From: Azolla caroliniana
Lineage: Eukaryota; Plantae; Polypodiophyta
Direction of reading: 5' to 3'
NCBI GenBank assembly: GCA_043228905.1
Contig: JBHGNT010000005.1
Location: 17,856,001 to 17,920,000, forward strand
DNA: 64,000 bases
Shown here in pieces: positions 37,001 to 49,123 of the stretch. How positions within the stretch are numbered: position 1 is the first letter of the stretch; each line of letters starts with the position of its first letter. The notes below the pieces were generated by a model. That model did not search any database and was not told where the DNA came from. It worked only from the letters and a program-made list of their open reading frames with translations. The position numbers were made by a program, and so were the translations under genes.

Positions 37001-37338
37001 ACCCTCTCTACCTCGTTCCAATCCTCGGTGAGGCCGTATAACCCTTCATCGTCTTCAAGTTCGGATAAAATGGCCATTCTCCCCTTTTCATTGACCGACT
37101 TAAAAAATAGTAGGACCTTGTCCACCCCCACCGATCTTTGATCCCGGTCCGAGAGTTGAGAAAAATGATGCTCAAACTCTCGGAATGCTTTCATTGTGCT
37201 CCGAGGAGCCTTCGCTGATGCTATCCATAGACCGAAATCGCGTCGATCATACTCGTATGCCACATCCCGTCTTTCTGTTTGCCTTGCATAACCCCTCACC
37301 ATTCTCGCCATTAATTCCATGATGTCTTCCTCTTCCAT
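34080..37338 (-). pseudogene. Element C ORF: Gag segment plus long low-complexity tail, no pol (3' limit approximate)
   Basis: ORFs 36841-37338, 35506-36834 and 33976-35421; clearly homologous to the element B ORF. Confidence 0.7.
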
Positions 37339-37797
37339 CCTTTTTCTCCCTTGCTACCTATTCACGTCGGGTTCACCAAAGATGTCGTGAAGTTTCGCGC
37401 GTGCGTGTAGAATCAGGCGGGACCACGGGGGTCTTGGACTAGGGAGTAGATGGGAAGACGGGTATGAGCAAGGTGGAAGAGATTACCACGGTAGAGAAAG
37501 TAGAAAGAGACAAGATTTAAGAAGTTATGTATATTATAGGCATGAAAGCCTCAATGCGATTACAACCGCGGTCGCTGTCAGAACCAAGGATAAAATATAG
37601 AGTGATGGAAGAAGGATATTAGAGAACACGAGAAGAAAGGAACGAAATACTAAGAGAAGAATGGATGTATAAGATAGAGAAAGAAAGAGAATGGATACAA
37701 GATATATAATGAGAGCTAAAGACTGGTGTTGATTCGAATTGATTTGAGAATATATGTATGCCCTTATTTATAGGTTCCTATAGAATAGCTTAGAGAT

Positions 37798-37860
37798 TTC
37801 TAGAATGTTCTAGAATGTTCTAGACCTAGAATGCTCTAGGACATTCTAGAATAATCTAGA
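37798..37860. promoter_or_regulatory. Heat-shock element cluster in the chromovirus 3' LTR
   Basis: TTCTAGAATGTTCTAGAATGTTC is five alternating nGAAn units, upstream of minus-strand TATAAATAA (37772-37764). Confidence 0.7.
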
Positions 37861-37993
37861 GTTTTTACAATAATCAATGTAATACAAGAAGTAGCTTTTA
37901 TTGTTTCATATAACAATAAGCTATCTTAATGGTTGAGGTTTTCAAGTATGGATTACAAGGTTCGAGGTTCACGTCCGGGTGACGCCATAATGG

Positions 37994-38558
37994 TCATGTG
38001 TTCATGACACTATCCCTCCTTCGAGAACGCCGAGTGGAAGTCGGCGTTAACATTGTTGGGCCGGGCTTGTTTGGATAGTGACGATGGAAGTCGTTGACCA
38101 GAGCTTCAGCATTACAAACGTTATCGATGGGTTCCCAAGTGCGATCACTCGGTGGATAACCAAGCCAATTAACTAGATAATAAAGCTTATTGCGCACAAT
38201 CTTAGAATCGAGAATAGCAGCTACCTCATATTCGGGTCCGTCCACAAGTTGTACAGAAGGCGGTGGTGGAACGACACGATTAGGAATTAAAGAGGTGCGG
38301 CAAGGTTCCAAAAGAGAGCTATGAAAGACAGGGTGAAGCCGCATATGTGCAGGAAGGTTAAGACGAAATGTTGCATCATTAATCTGCACCGTGATGACAA
38401 AAGGACCTAAGCGTTGATAGTCAAGCTTAGCACACGGTCGGGTAGTCTTGATGTGACGACGAAGCAACCATACACGGTCACCAACCTTAAACGGAGACTT
38501 AAGACGATGTCGATCGACATTGGTCTTATGGTGTGCTTGCGCTTTCTGAAGATGGGAC
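37994..38558 (-). pseudogene. pol: Chromovirus integrase C-terminus (GPY/F motif and chromodomain)
   Basis: RLGPFVI..HPVFHSSLL; EYEVAAILDSK..YYLVNWLGYPPSDRTWEP. Confidence 0.92.
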
Positions 38559-40744
38559 TGTTGGCCGGTCAAAAGAGCAAGGACAAGTGGGAAGGCGGAG
38601 TCGGATCGGATAATAGGAAGTAAATAATAGTATATTTATTATTCGTAGGGACGGATCCGGTACAGTTGTACCGATCCGGATCCGGACCGATTCGGATGCC
38701 GGTTGCCTAAGCGCACCAATTGTAACCTTGCCGGATGCCTATAAAAGGATCCGATGATTCGTAAATGCTTTACGGAAGTAATACAATTATACTTATTGCG
38801 TGTTTATCTTTGTCTTTGTATTGTTTTACCGTCTGTGCTTAGTGTAATCATCTTACGCGTGTAACCTAGCATCGAATCCTTACCACCCCTTTGGAGAAGT
38901 GTCGGATAGACACCTGTGTTGAGGCTAGTCCGGCCAAGCAGACAACACTATTTTGGCGACCACGATTCCTGCAAAGTGCAGAGGACAACCGGGGGATGGA
39001 TGTCTAGACCAAACGATGACCACATCACCGAACGAGGGAGACGATACACCGAACGAGAGCAACGACGGGAAGCCCTGCAGCAAGCCGTCGACGAGATACG
39101 GCGAGATCGGTCATTCTCCAGAACTCTTCGGAGAGTCGCAGAAGAAGCACTGCAGTTCGGGGTTCTGCAAGTCCCCGACGAAGGCAGTAGCATAACAAGC
39201 CTGCAAGAGGCGGAAACGATACTATAGACGCTCGCTAGTGGCGATGGGGACTCGGAAGCATTTGCAACACTCGAGGCTGAGTCGGAAAGAGACGGAAGCG
39301 TTGCGTCCCGGTATAAAAGCAGCCACGACACACCATGGCTGTGCTTACAGAAGTGCCGCGAGTACCGGTTGAGTCTGAACCCGGCCAAGTGCATCTTTGG
39401 AATGGCAAGCGGCAACTTACTAGGGCACGTGGTAAGGAAGGAATCGCGGTAGATCCGGATAAAGTAAAGGCGATTCTCGAGGCACCGGCACCAAATAACG
39501 CAAAGGCTTTAAGCCGGTTCCTGGGCCAAATAAGGTGGCATAGCCGGATGATACGGCACCTTGCAGACTTCACTACACCATTGCATACCGCCGTACACAC
39601 GGTACCCTTCCTATGGGCGGAGACGGAGGAGAAAGCCTACCAAGCGCTGAAGGTTATGCTGTCGCAAACTCCGGTGGTGCAACCGCCGGATTGGAGTAAA
39701 AGCTTTCACGTCTTCGTCGATGCGTCGAACGTAGCAATCGGCAGCGTTCTGATGCAACTCACGGAGCCGAAATGGTACCGGCCGGTGTATTACGCAAGCC
39801 GGAAACTCTCAAAAGCCGAACGGAACTACTCTACGACGGAACGCGAGGCATTAGGAATGGTGTATAGTGTCACAAAGTACAGACACTATCTGCTCGGACG
39901 GAAGTTTTCCTTCCATGTCGACCATTCGACACTACTCTACCTGTTCTCGAAGGCATCCCTGATGGGAAAAATTGCACGATGGACACTCCTGTTACAGGAA
40001 TTTGAATTCGACATTTTCCACCGACCCGGTGTCGAGGTATTCCTCGCGGATGCGTGGAACGAGGCGGAACCTCGGGGGTCCTGTACCGAAGAGCAAGAGA
40101 GAAAAGAAGAGGGGAAGAGACCCACAAGGTGCGAGCGTAGATTCACAGGGACACGGCCCTTCGACACAGAGACGCGAGTGCGACAGCGACACAGAGAGAC
40201 ACGAATGTATGTAGAAATATATATAAACAAGACAAACAACAAGCACGAAGTCGGTTACAACCGAACAGGCTGGCGAACAGATGCCAATGCCTATTCGTAA
40301 ACGCACAGAAAGGAAAGAGTAGGTTGGAGGTGCTGCCGGAAGCACCCGGGCATTCCTCAGAGCAGCGCGAGCCTCCCGAAACCTGCACAGCAAGAAGCTA
40401 CGGAGTTTGCGAGCCAGAGAGAGAGAGAAGCCTTCGCCCACAAACCGACAACACTTCGTCCTCGACTCTCCGCGATCCCTTCCTCCTCCTCGTCTTCCTC
40501 CTTTTATAGGCAAGAAGTGAGCCGTTTCCTATTAACTTCCTACCTACCGAATCTACCTACCTTGGATCTCCCATGTCCCTAATTCTCTCCTATGTACAAC
40601 ACACGGTGTACGTGCTTGAAGAGCCGGTTCCTATGCTCCGGCGCACCGATTCCGCTTGTGGACGGTTTTCTTCACGACATCCGCCCCCACCGGTCCACCG
40701 GCATGCGCCAAATTGAGTTGGGACGGAGAAAACCGGTCCAGCCT

Positions 40745-43700
40745 TTATTCCCCGCCCGTCGGTTCTTCTTCGGTTTCGGATCGTTCGTCGTCCCGGTCCA
40801 GGTAATCCGGATCCGGCTCGTCGTCGTGACGCTTCTTGAACGCTTTGATCCGCTTCCCAGCTACCGGTATCGCCATTCTCGTGCCGTCGAGTTCCGCCAG
40901 ATGGTACGTCCCGTTGTCGTTGGCGCTTTGTACCACGTAAGGCCCGAACCACCTTCTTGTGAACTTCCGTGTCGCTCGGTGCTGGTTGTCGAGGTTGCTA
41001 TCGTAGACTAGCACCCAGTCGCCTTCCTCGATCTTCTCCGGTCGGAGCCGGTGCGTTCGGTCGAACCGGGCTTTGTTCCTCATCCTTGCATCTCGAAGCT
41101 TTCCCGCAGCCTACTCCACGTCTTCCTGCCTTCGCTCGAGCTGACGTATGCGCGCCACCAATAGTTCCTCCCGGCTCATCTCGTCTCTCCAGCCCACGGT
41201 TGCCCACGAGGAGATCGTACGTTCCATCGGCATGACCGGCTTCTGCCCAAACATGAGCTCTGCCGGCATGAATCCGGTTACCGAACTATGCGTAGTTTGG
41301 TCCGCCCACAACGCGTAAGGCAGCATCCGCGGCCAGTTCCCGACTTGCCCCCCGCATGCCCGAACTAATGCCTTGACGATCGGTCCGTGTCCGCGCTCCA
41401 CCTTCCCATTCGCCTCCGGATTGTACGCAGTGGTAAGCGAGAGCTTGACTCCTAGCCGGTCGAACAGCTCCTCGGCCTCTTCGGCGTCCAACTCCCCGTG
41501 ATCAGCCACGATCTTCCCGACGCACCCGTACCGGCATATCACATCCTCGATCAGGAACCGACATACGGTTGCGGTCGTTTTGTTCTGAAGGGCCCGGCCT
41601 TCCACTTGGTTCGTCAGATCTTCCCGAGCCAGGACCAGATACCGCATCTGTCCTACGCCCATCGGCATCGTCACCAGGTCTACCATCCATTTGAAGTGGA
41701 TGGTCGGAGGGTACGTAGGGTGAAGCTCGTCCCGGTGTCAGACTATGGAGTGCATCTGACAGCTCTCGCAAGTTGTCACGAACCGATGCACGTCCCGGTA
41801 CAGTCCCGGCCACCAGTACTTCCCCTTTATCTTCTCGAACGTGGCCCACGTTCCACGGTGTCTAGCCCAAGGGCTGTCGTGGTAGGCCGTCAGCAGCTCC
41901 TCCTGTTCTTCCTTCATCGCCACCACCCGGAGCGGGACGTCGTTCCTCTTCTTCGGGTGCTTCCATAAGTATCCGTCCCGGAGAAAGAATTGGTAAGCTT
42001 TCTTCTGGATCCGGTTGGCCTCGTCCTTCGTCCATGACGCATCCAGTGTCATTGTCCTCAAAAATCCACCGATCTGGAGCCACTCGCCGTCGTACTTGCT
42101 CTCGTCGAAGTCGTTAAGTGCCGACGTGCTCGTCCTATTGGTCGTCACATACGCCGCCTCGAAGAAGTCCACGCCGACTTCTTCGTCCTCCGAAACCATG
42201 CCGCCCTCGTTATCAAACCTCGCCCTCGAAAGCATGTTGGCCATGGCGTTGTCCTTTCCGGAAATGTGTCGTATTTCCGGATCCAGGGACTTGATGTACG
42301 CTATCCACCTGAGCATCGCCAGGTCCGGTGTCGCGCATCCGGAAACCATGCCGAGAATTGGCAGGCAATCCGTCTCAATAATCACTTTTGTCCCGATCAG
42401 GTAGTCTTTGTCGGCCTTTACTGCCGAAACGATACCCCAGAGTTCGCGTTTAACCTGGGCGTACCCTCGCTGTCGCTCACTGAGGACCTTTGCGCCGAAT
42501 CGGATTGGGAACCGGGTGTCGTCCTCATCTTCTTGGTTGACGACCCATCCGATCCCGGTCGGGCTCGTATCCACCGTTATGTATACCGGGGTACCCTTCT
42601 CGTAGACAGCCTTCCGGAGCGCCGGTGCTGTCGCAAGAGCTTCCTTCAGCTTCCGGACCGACTCCGTGTGCTCGTCTCGCCACTCGAATTTTTGCCCTTT
42701 CTTCAGCAACCCGTATAGCGGCTCTGCAATGTGGGCGTAATGCGGGATCCATATGTGGTAGAATGCGCATGCCCCCAGGAACCTCCGAACTTCCGTAACC
42801 GAGCTACAGTCGGTCTTCATTGCGGAGATGGCTTCTACCTTTGCCGGAGACGGCTTCCGGCCATATGGTCCACATAGGTGTCCGACCACCAGGATTTCTG
42901 ATTGCCCGAAGGCCGATTTCTCCCCGGAGAAGGTGAGCCTCGCATCCTCTAGCCTTTGTAGCACCTTCTCGTAGTCGTTGATGTGTGTTGCCACGAATCG
43001 CCGGCATCCGTCCGGCTCGACTGTCTCGTCCTTCTCTTCCACCGGGCACCCCTTTATCGGGATGTCGTCCAGAAATGGCATGGTGATGTCCGGGATGCAA
43101 TCCCTCAGTACTTTGTTCATTGCATTCACCATGTGGGCCACCGAGTTGGTCCCTCCTTGTGGCAGGGTACACATTCGCACTAGGCCGAGGGGAGTTCGCA
43201 TCGTCGTAATGTCTCTGCTCTCCACGGCTAGTTGGAACTGGCCGTACCCTGAGTACAGATCACCGACCGAGTAAATCGACCTTCCGGCGAAGGCCTCCAC
43301 GAACTCGTCTATGGTCGGTCCGATTCCTGCGTTCCGAATGGTCACTCTGTTGACCGGCTACAGGTCCTGAATGAAGCGCAATGTTCCGTTTTTCTTTGGT
43401 ACGGTAAACCAGCGGTTCGAGTATGGCGCGCTTGACGGTTCGAGAATACCCATATCGACTTTCTGCCTCAGTAGCTCCATCAACTCCGGGATGTGAGCTC
43501 TTGGTACCGGAATCGGCTTGAGATTCCACGGCACATGCGGTACCGTGAATATCACCATCGGCTCCACGATCGTAGGGTCTACGCACCCGATCTCTTCCGG
43601 CGAAAATGCGAAGGCTTTCCCGTGCCTTCTGAGCATTCTCCGAAACCGGTCTTCCTCCGCCGGCAGTAGGAACCCGCCCCCACCGATCTTGAGCTCCCGG

Positions 43701-44248
43701 AGCGTCCCGTCGGTGAAGGTGTGTCCTATGCAGGCCGGATCTCGTAAACTGGGGTCCGACGCAACCCCTCTGATTCGGGACTCGCTGCCCTCCGGTAAGG
43801 GTGCCGCGACGGGCCTTACCTTCCGGTCCACAGTCTTGTACTTCCTGCTAACTTGGGCCGTCCAATCCGACCCGAGCCCCCGACTAAAGTTCGCGATGAC
43901 TTCGTACATCTCTTCGGAACATACCGGTATCGTCCGGTCTTCGTTAAGGTCTTCTCCGTCTACCTCCCTCAGCATTCCCAAGGTGTCGTCGAAGGAGACC
44001 GCCTCCACAGCTCCGCTGATTTCCTCGTCCGGGCCGAGAACTCCGCACGCTTGAAGTCGCTCCTCCGCCCTTGCCCTTTCTCGGCCAACGATGCCGACTA
44101 ACATACACCCTCCGTTGCCGGAGAAGCAAAATCTTTTACTTATCGTACAGGGTTTCTTCGGTTTCGGTTCTATCGTATAGCTGTGGGGTCTTTCCCAAGT
44201 GTCCAGACTGTCTCGGCCCCACGCCTTGGCAGCCCTCTCTTAAAATCC
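40745..44248 (-). pseudogene. pol: Family D pol (RT, RNase H, integrase) with a few stops/frameshifts
   Basis: LPQGGTNSVAH, FLDDIPIKG, VDTSPTGIG, YNPEANGKVERGH, WFGPY. Confidence 0.93.
44183..44248 (-). other. Putative -1 frameshift signal (G GAU UUU + pseudoknot), family D
   Basis: Heptamer 44248-44242; loop GUGGGG and downstream CCCCAC conserved with family A; the -1 frame is the pol frame. Confidence 0.75.
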
Positions 44249-46365
44249 TCCCGGTTCTCGCCACCGAGGGATTCGCGGTTTCGCTCGTGGTTTGGTCGCA
44301 CCGTCAGAAATTGGACCGAATGGCGCCCGTCCTGGCTTTTGACCCTCGCGTAGGCCGAACCGTTGTCTAGCACCTTGGTCTCCATCCGCGCCGCCGTGAT
44401 GTATGGTTCCCCTAATATGACCGTGTGCGAGGACGTCTCCTGTACGAAGAAGTGCTGGTCAATCTCGACGTTGCCAATCTTGACTCGCACGTTCGGGCAG
44501 GCCCCGTGCAGTTCCTCGGTGGCGCGTGGCGCCGCCCATATCTTCCACCCGTGCTTGGTGTTGATCGGCCACTTTCCCTTCTTATAGAAGTCCATAGACA
44601 TCAGGTTTATTTCCGAACCGTGGTCCACCAATGCCACCACCGGTTCCTGAACATCTCCGATCTTTACCGGGGTCTCCGTGGTCGCTCGGGCCCAGTGCGG
44701 CCTTGAATAGTGGCTCTCCGCCCACTCATCTTCCAGCACCAGGTCGTCGATGTGCATCGTCCGTACCTCCACCGGTCTTTCCGGTTCTGTCTCCGTCGAC
44801 AGCCTCTTCCGTTTCACCAGGTCCACAATGGAGTCGTGGAACTCCTTCTTGGCGATCCCTAGCACCTCTCGCAATGACAGCTCCACTTTGCTGTCGAGGA
44901 TCCGTTCTTCTAGGACATTTCGTAGGTCCGTAGTCCTTTCTATTTCCGTCCCTAGTCGGTATCCGCCCTTCCTGGGGTTATCTTGCGAGTTGGACCCACC
45001 GGCATCGTTCCGTCGTTGCCCGAATCGGGTCTCGTACCGTTGCGAGGGCCCGGCCGCTCCGGCTTTCCCCACTCGTTTGTCTTCTACCAGAGCCTCGTAG
45101 TTCCGGTAGGCGGCTTCCACGAAGCCCGTCTTCTCCTCGACCGGATCGCCCCACCCGGTTATTTCCCGGACCCGTCTCTCAGCGCGGTCCGTTTCATCTT
45201 TCCTTAGCCATGCACCGGCGAGACCTTCCAGCATTGCCGACCAGAATCCGTCTTTGCTCTCCTTTCGGGCCTCGCTACCCCCGACCCGAATACCGGCAGA
45301 TGCCGAGTAGTGGATGGCCTCCACGTGTCGGGCCGCTGCCTCTTCCATCAGTCTCTTCATACCTCCTCGCCCGTCGTTTCGGTTTAGGGCCCTTCTGGTA
45401 TCGCCGGCATGGACCCGGCCTTCCCACAGGTACACCACCCGGTTCCTCAACGCCTCTGCGAAATCGCCGCAGTCCTTCCGAATGTGGCTGACCTCATCGC
45501 ACCACATGCACCTGATCCCTGCTGCCGGTCGTCGGTCACGAGCCGGTTCGCCGCCTTCCCTCCGAGTCTGGGCAATCTGGAGATCCTTTATTGCCCGCGT
45601 CAACTCCTCCAGCGCTGCTCCTCCGGACGAGCCACTGACCATGCCGGTCGAAGCCGGACCGGTTTCGAGCCATTCCCGGGTTTCTTCCCTTCGCTCTTGT
45701 GGTGCCGGTTCAAGCCTCCTTGCTGTGACAAAGCCTGCTCCGGTCGCCCCGTTGTCAGCCCATTCTCGCCGTTTGTCGAAACAGCCACAGACTCTCTTAA
45801 CCGCAGCCCAGTCGGTCGTCAGCCCGTCTTCGGTTTCTAGCAAGGAGCCGATTTGATCCCGGTCCCGCTCGTCCACCTACTTGACGAACAGTAGGACCCG
45901 GCTCGTATCCAGAACGGTTCGGTCAAGCGCCGAAAGGCGCGCAAAGCGTTCTTCGAACTCCCGGAGGAGTGCCGACGCGTTCCTTCCCTTGCCGGGGGAC
46001 TCCACCCATTCCATGAAGTCCTGTTTCGAAAGCTGGAGCGCGTCGTCCAGCCCGTATTTTTCTAGGAGTCGGCCTTCGAACTCCTCCCAGGTACGGCTCT
46101 CCGCCCATACCTCGAGCACCTCCGCATGGATGCTCGGCATCGCCACTCGAGGGAACCCGGCAAGATGCCTCTCTTCCGGAATGTCCCGCATCAGCATTTC
46201 TGCCCCGTAGGACGCCAAATACTTCGTGGCATCCTTTCCGCTGAACCGGCCGATCGTACCGACGACCGCCTCAATGGCTCTGTCGAGGGCGCCGGAGCCC
46301 TCGCGTGCGCTCAATATCCGATCTACGGCCGAAGCCATGGCCTCCGCAAGATCCGACCCTTTCAT
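44239..46365 (-). pseudogene. gag: Family D gag-protease (one internal stop at 45877)
   Basis: FSGKDATKYL, CMWCDEVSHIRKDC, LVDHGSEINL. Confidence 0.92.
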
Positions 46366-49123
46366 CTGCTGCTCTTCTGCCGCCTCCTTCACGTTGGGTT
46401 CACCAAGATGTCGAGGCATTCCTCGCGGATGCGTGGAACGAGGCGGGACCTTGGGGGTCCTGTACCGAAGAGCAAGAGAGAAAAGAAGAGGGGAAGAGAC
46501 CCACAAGGTGCGAGCGTAGATTCACAGGGACACGGCCCTTCGACACAGAGACGCGAGTGCGACAGCGACACAGAGAGACACGAATGTATGTAGAAATATA
46601 TATAAACAAGACAAACAAAGCACGAAGTCGGTTACAACCGAACAGGCCGGCGAACAGATGCCGATGCCTGTTCGTAAACACACAGAAAGGAAAGAGTAGG
46701 TTGGAGGTGCTGCCGGAAGCACCCGGGCATTCCTCATAGCAGTGCGAGCCTCCCGAAACCTGCACAGCAAGAAGCTACGGAGTTTGCGAGCCAGAGAGAG
46801 AGAGAAGCCTTCGCCCACAAACCGACAGCACTTCGTCCTCGACTCTCCGCGATCCCTTCCTCCTCCTCGTCTTCCTCCTTTTATAGGCAAGAAGTGAGCC
46901 GTTTCCTATTAACTTCCTACCTACCGAATCTACCTACCTCGGATCTCCCATGTCCCTAATTCTCTCCTATGTACAACACACGGCGTACGTGCATGAAGAG
47001 CCGGTTCCTATGCTCCGGCGCACCGATTCCGCTTGTGGACGGTTTTCTTCACGACACCGGGGCGCAGCATGCGGTAGCGGACCACCTAAGCAGACTTGAA
47101 TCCGAAGAAGCAGGGGACGGTGTACAGGATGAGTTCCCCGAGGCCGAGTTGTTCCGGATCACGACGGAACCGGCAACGGATGCAACGGTAGCCGATGAAG
47201 ACAAGTGGCTAACCGAGATGCATCAGTTCCTGAGCACCGGTGTACCCCCGGAGAACATGGACCGCGATGAAAGGTAAAGGGTAGCAGTAAGAAGCAGACA
47301 TTTCTGCTTGGTTGGAGACACCCTCTATCACAAGGGGGCAGATGGCATCTGGAGACGAGCAGTGCGGAGCGATGAGAAGGATCTAATCCTCAGCGAAGCC
47401 CACTGTGGAATTGTCGGCGGGCATTATGCCGGCGACGCAACCGCTCGGAAAATATGGCAGAGCGGACTGTGGTGACCCACCACCCTAAAAGATGCCGTGA
47501 AGTATAGCAGAGAATGCGATTTGTGTCAACGACTGGGCCAACCCACGGAGCAGGCCCGGATGCTACACCACCCGGTCTTGCCATTGGAACCGTTTCAAAA
47601 GTGGGGTTTGGACTTTGTCGGTCCCTTCAAGCCACCGGCAATGCGAACCGGAAATCAGTATGTCATAGTGGCGACCGACTATTGCACCAAATGGGTGGAA
47701 GCGAAGGCCTTACGGGACAACACGGCCGCGTCCACGGCAAAGTTCCTGTACGAGTGCATATGGTGCCGGTATGGATGCCTGATCGAGCTTATAAGTGACC
47801 AAGGAGGACACTTTCTCGGGCAAGTAGTAGAAAGTCTGACGTCATTTTACGCGGTGGTACATAAAAGGAGTACTCCCTACTACCCTCAAGCCAATGGACT
47901 AGCGGAATCGACGAACAAAACTCTGCAGAACATCCTACGAAAAATCGTCAACGAGAACCGGACCGACTGGGATACGAAATTGCAGAGCGCGCTATGGGCG
48001 TACCGAACAACGTACAAAACCAGCATCCGGACAACCCCGTTCCGACTAGCATTCGGCTTAGAAGCGGTCATGCCGGTAGAGTTCCAAATCCCTAGCTTAC
48101 GGATCCAGGTAAAGGAGCGCTTAAGTGAGAAGGAGTCCGAACGAATCCGGCTGGCGACGTTGTTGGAATTAGAAGAAAACCGAATAGCCAGCTTACTACA
48201 ACTCGAACTGGAGCAAAGGAGGAGAAAAGCTTTCGTGGACCGACACCGGCGTGGCAACGAAAAGGAGTTCGAAGTCGGAAAACCGGTGCTATTGTTCCAG
48301 ACACGGATGGGGAACATGCCGGGAAAGTTGCGGTTTCGGTGGACCGGACCGTTCTGAATCACCAAGGAGTTCAATGGGTCGTATCAGCTCGGCACGTTGT
48401 CTGGAGAAGTCATCGGTAAGTGGGCAAATGGGTTTCGGCTAAAGCCGTATAAGGGAAATATGCCCGCCAACCCGTTCAAGCAAGACCCGGAAATCCGGCA
48501 CGATGAGGAACCGACACTGACAGACGCTGCTGTAGAAATCTGGACTGAGGAAGAACCGACACCGATACTGACAAAGACTATCCCGGAAAACCGACAGAAG
48601 GAGATTCCGGTATCAGTGCGAACCGACCCGAACAAATCGGGCGGGACCGGAAAATGACGTGGTCCAAACAAAGAAATCAATCAATAAATAAATAAATAAA
48701 AATCAAAGTAATGATGATGGGGAGATCACAAGAGGTGGGAGCGCAACCATGCAACGAAGAGGCGCCATGAAGTAAAGGAGGACGTGCGCGTACTTGCTAT
48801 TTAAAGCATAGAACGTGGGCACCGATGTACGAGGTATTACGCACGCGCAGCAATCAAGAGAAGAATTGCTAATAATGACAGGAGATATGCACACGCGGCA
48901 ACCAAGAAAGGACATGCTAATTATGGCGGGAGATAGACATGCGCAGGAAACGAAAAAGGGCGGCTCGAGGCAAAAGCCACTATATAAGACACAGGCCTGC
49001 AAAGGACTTACTTTTTACGAATTTTCCTACACACAGGCGTAGAAGCACAGAAGAGCGATCCGACGCACAACGCACACACATCCCGATCCCGAACAACAGA
49101 CAGCAGAAGAAGAATCCGAACCA

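Larger units (their letters stand above)
40030..47056 (-). mobile_element. Ty3/Gypsy family D (tRNA-Trp primed), full length, innermost of the nest
   Basis: TSD CCGG; LTRs 40030-40679 and 46409-47056; host peptide HRPG|AQHAVAD restored on removal. Confidence 0.96.

Noticed and set aside
39335-40300. 321-aa ORF as a novel fusion gene
   Set aside because: E2 RNase H read-through into the antisense LTR of element D
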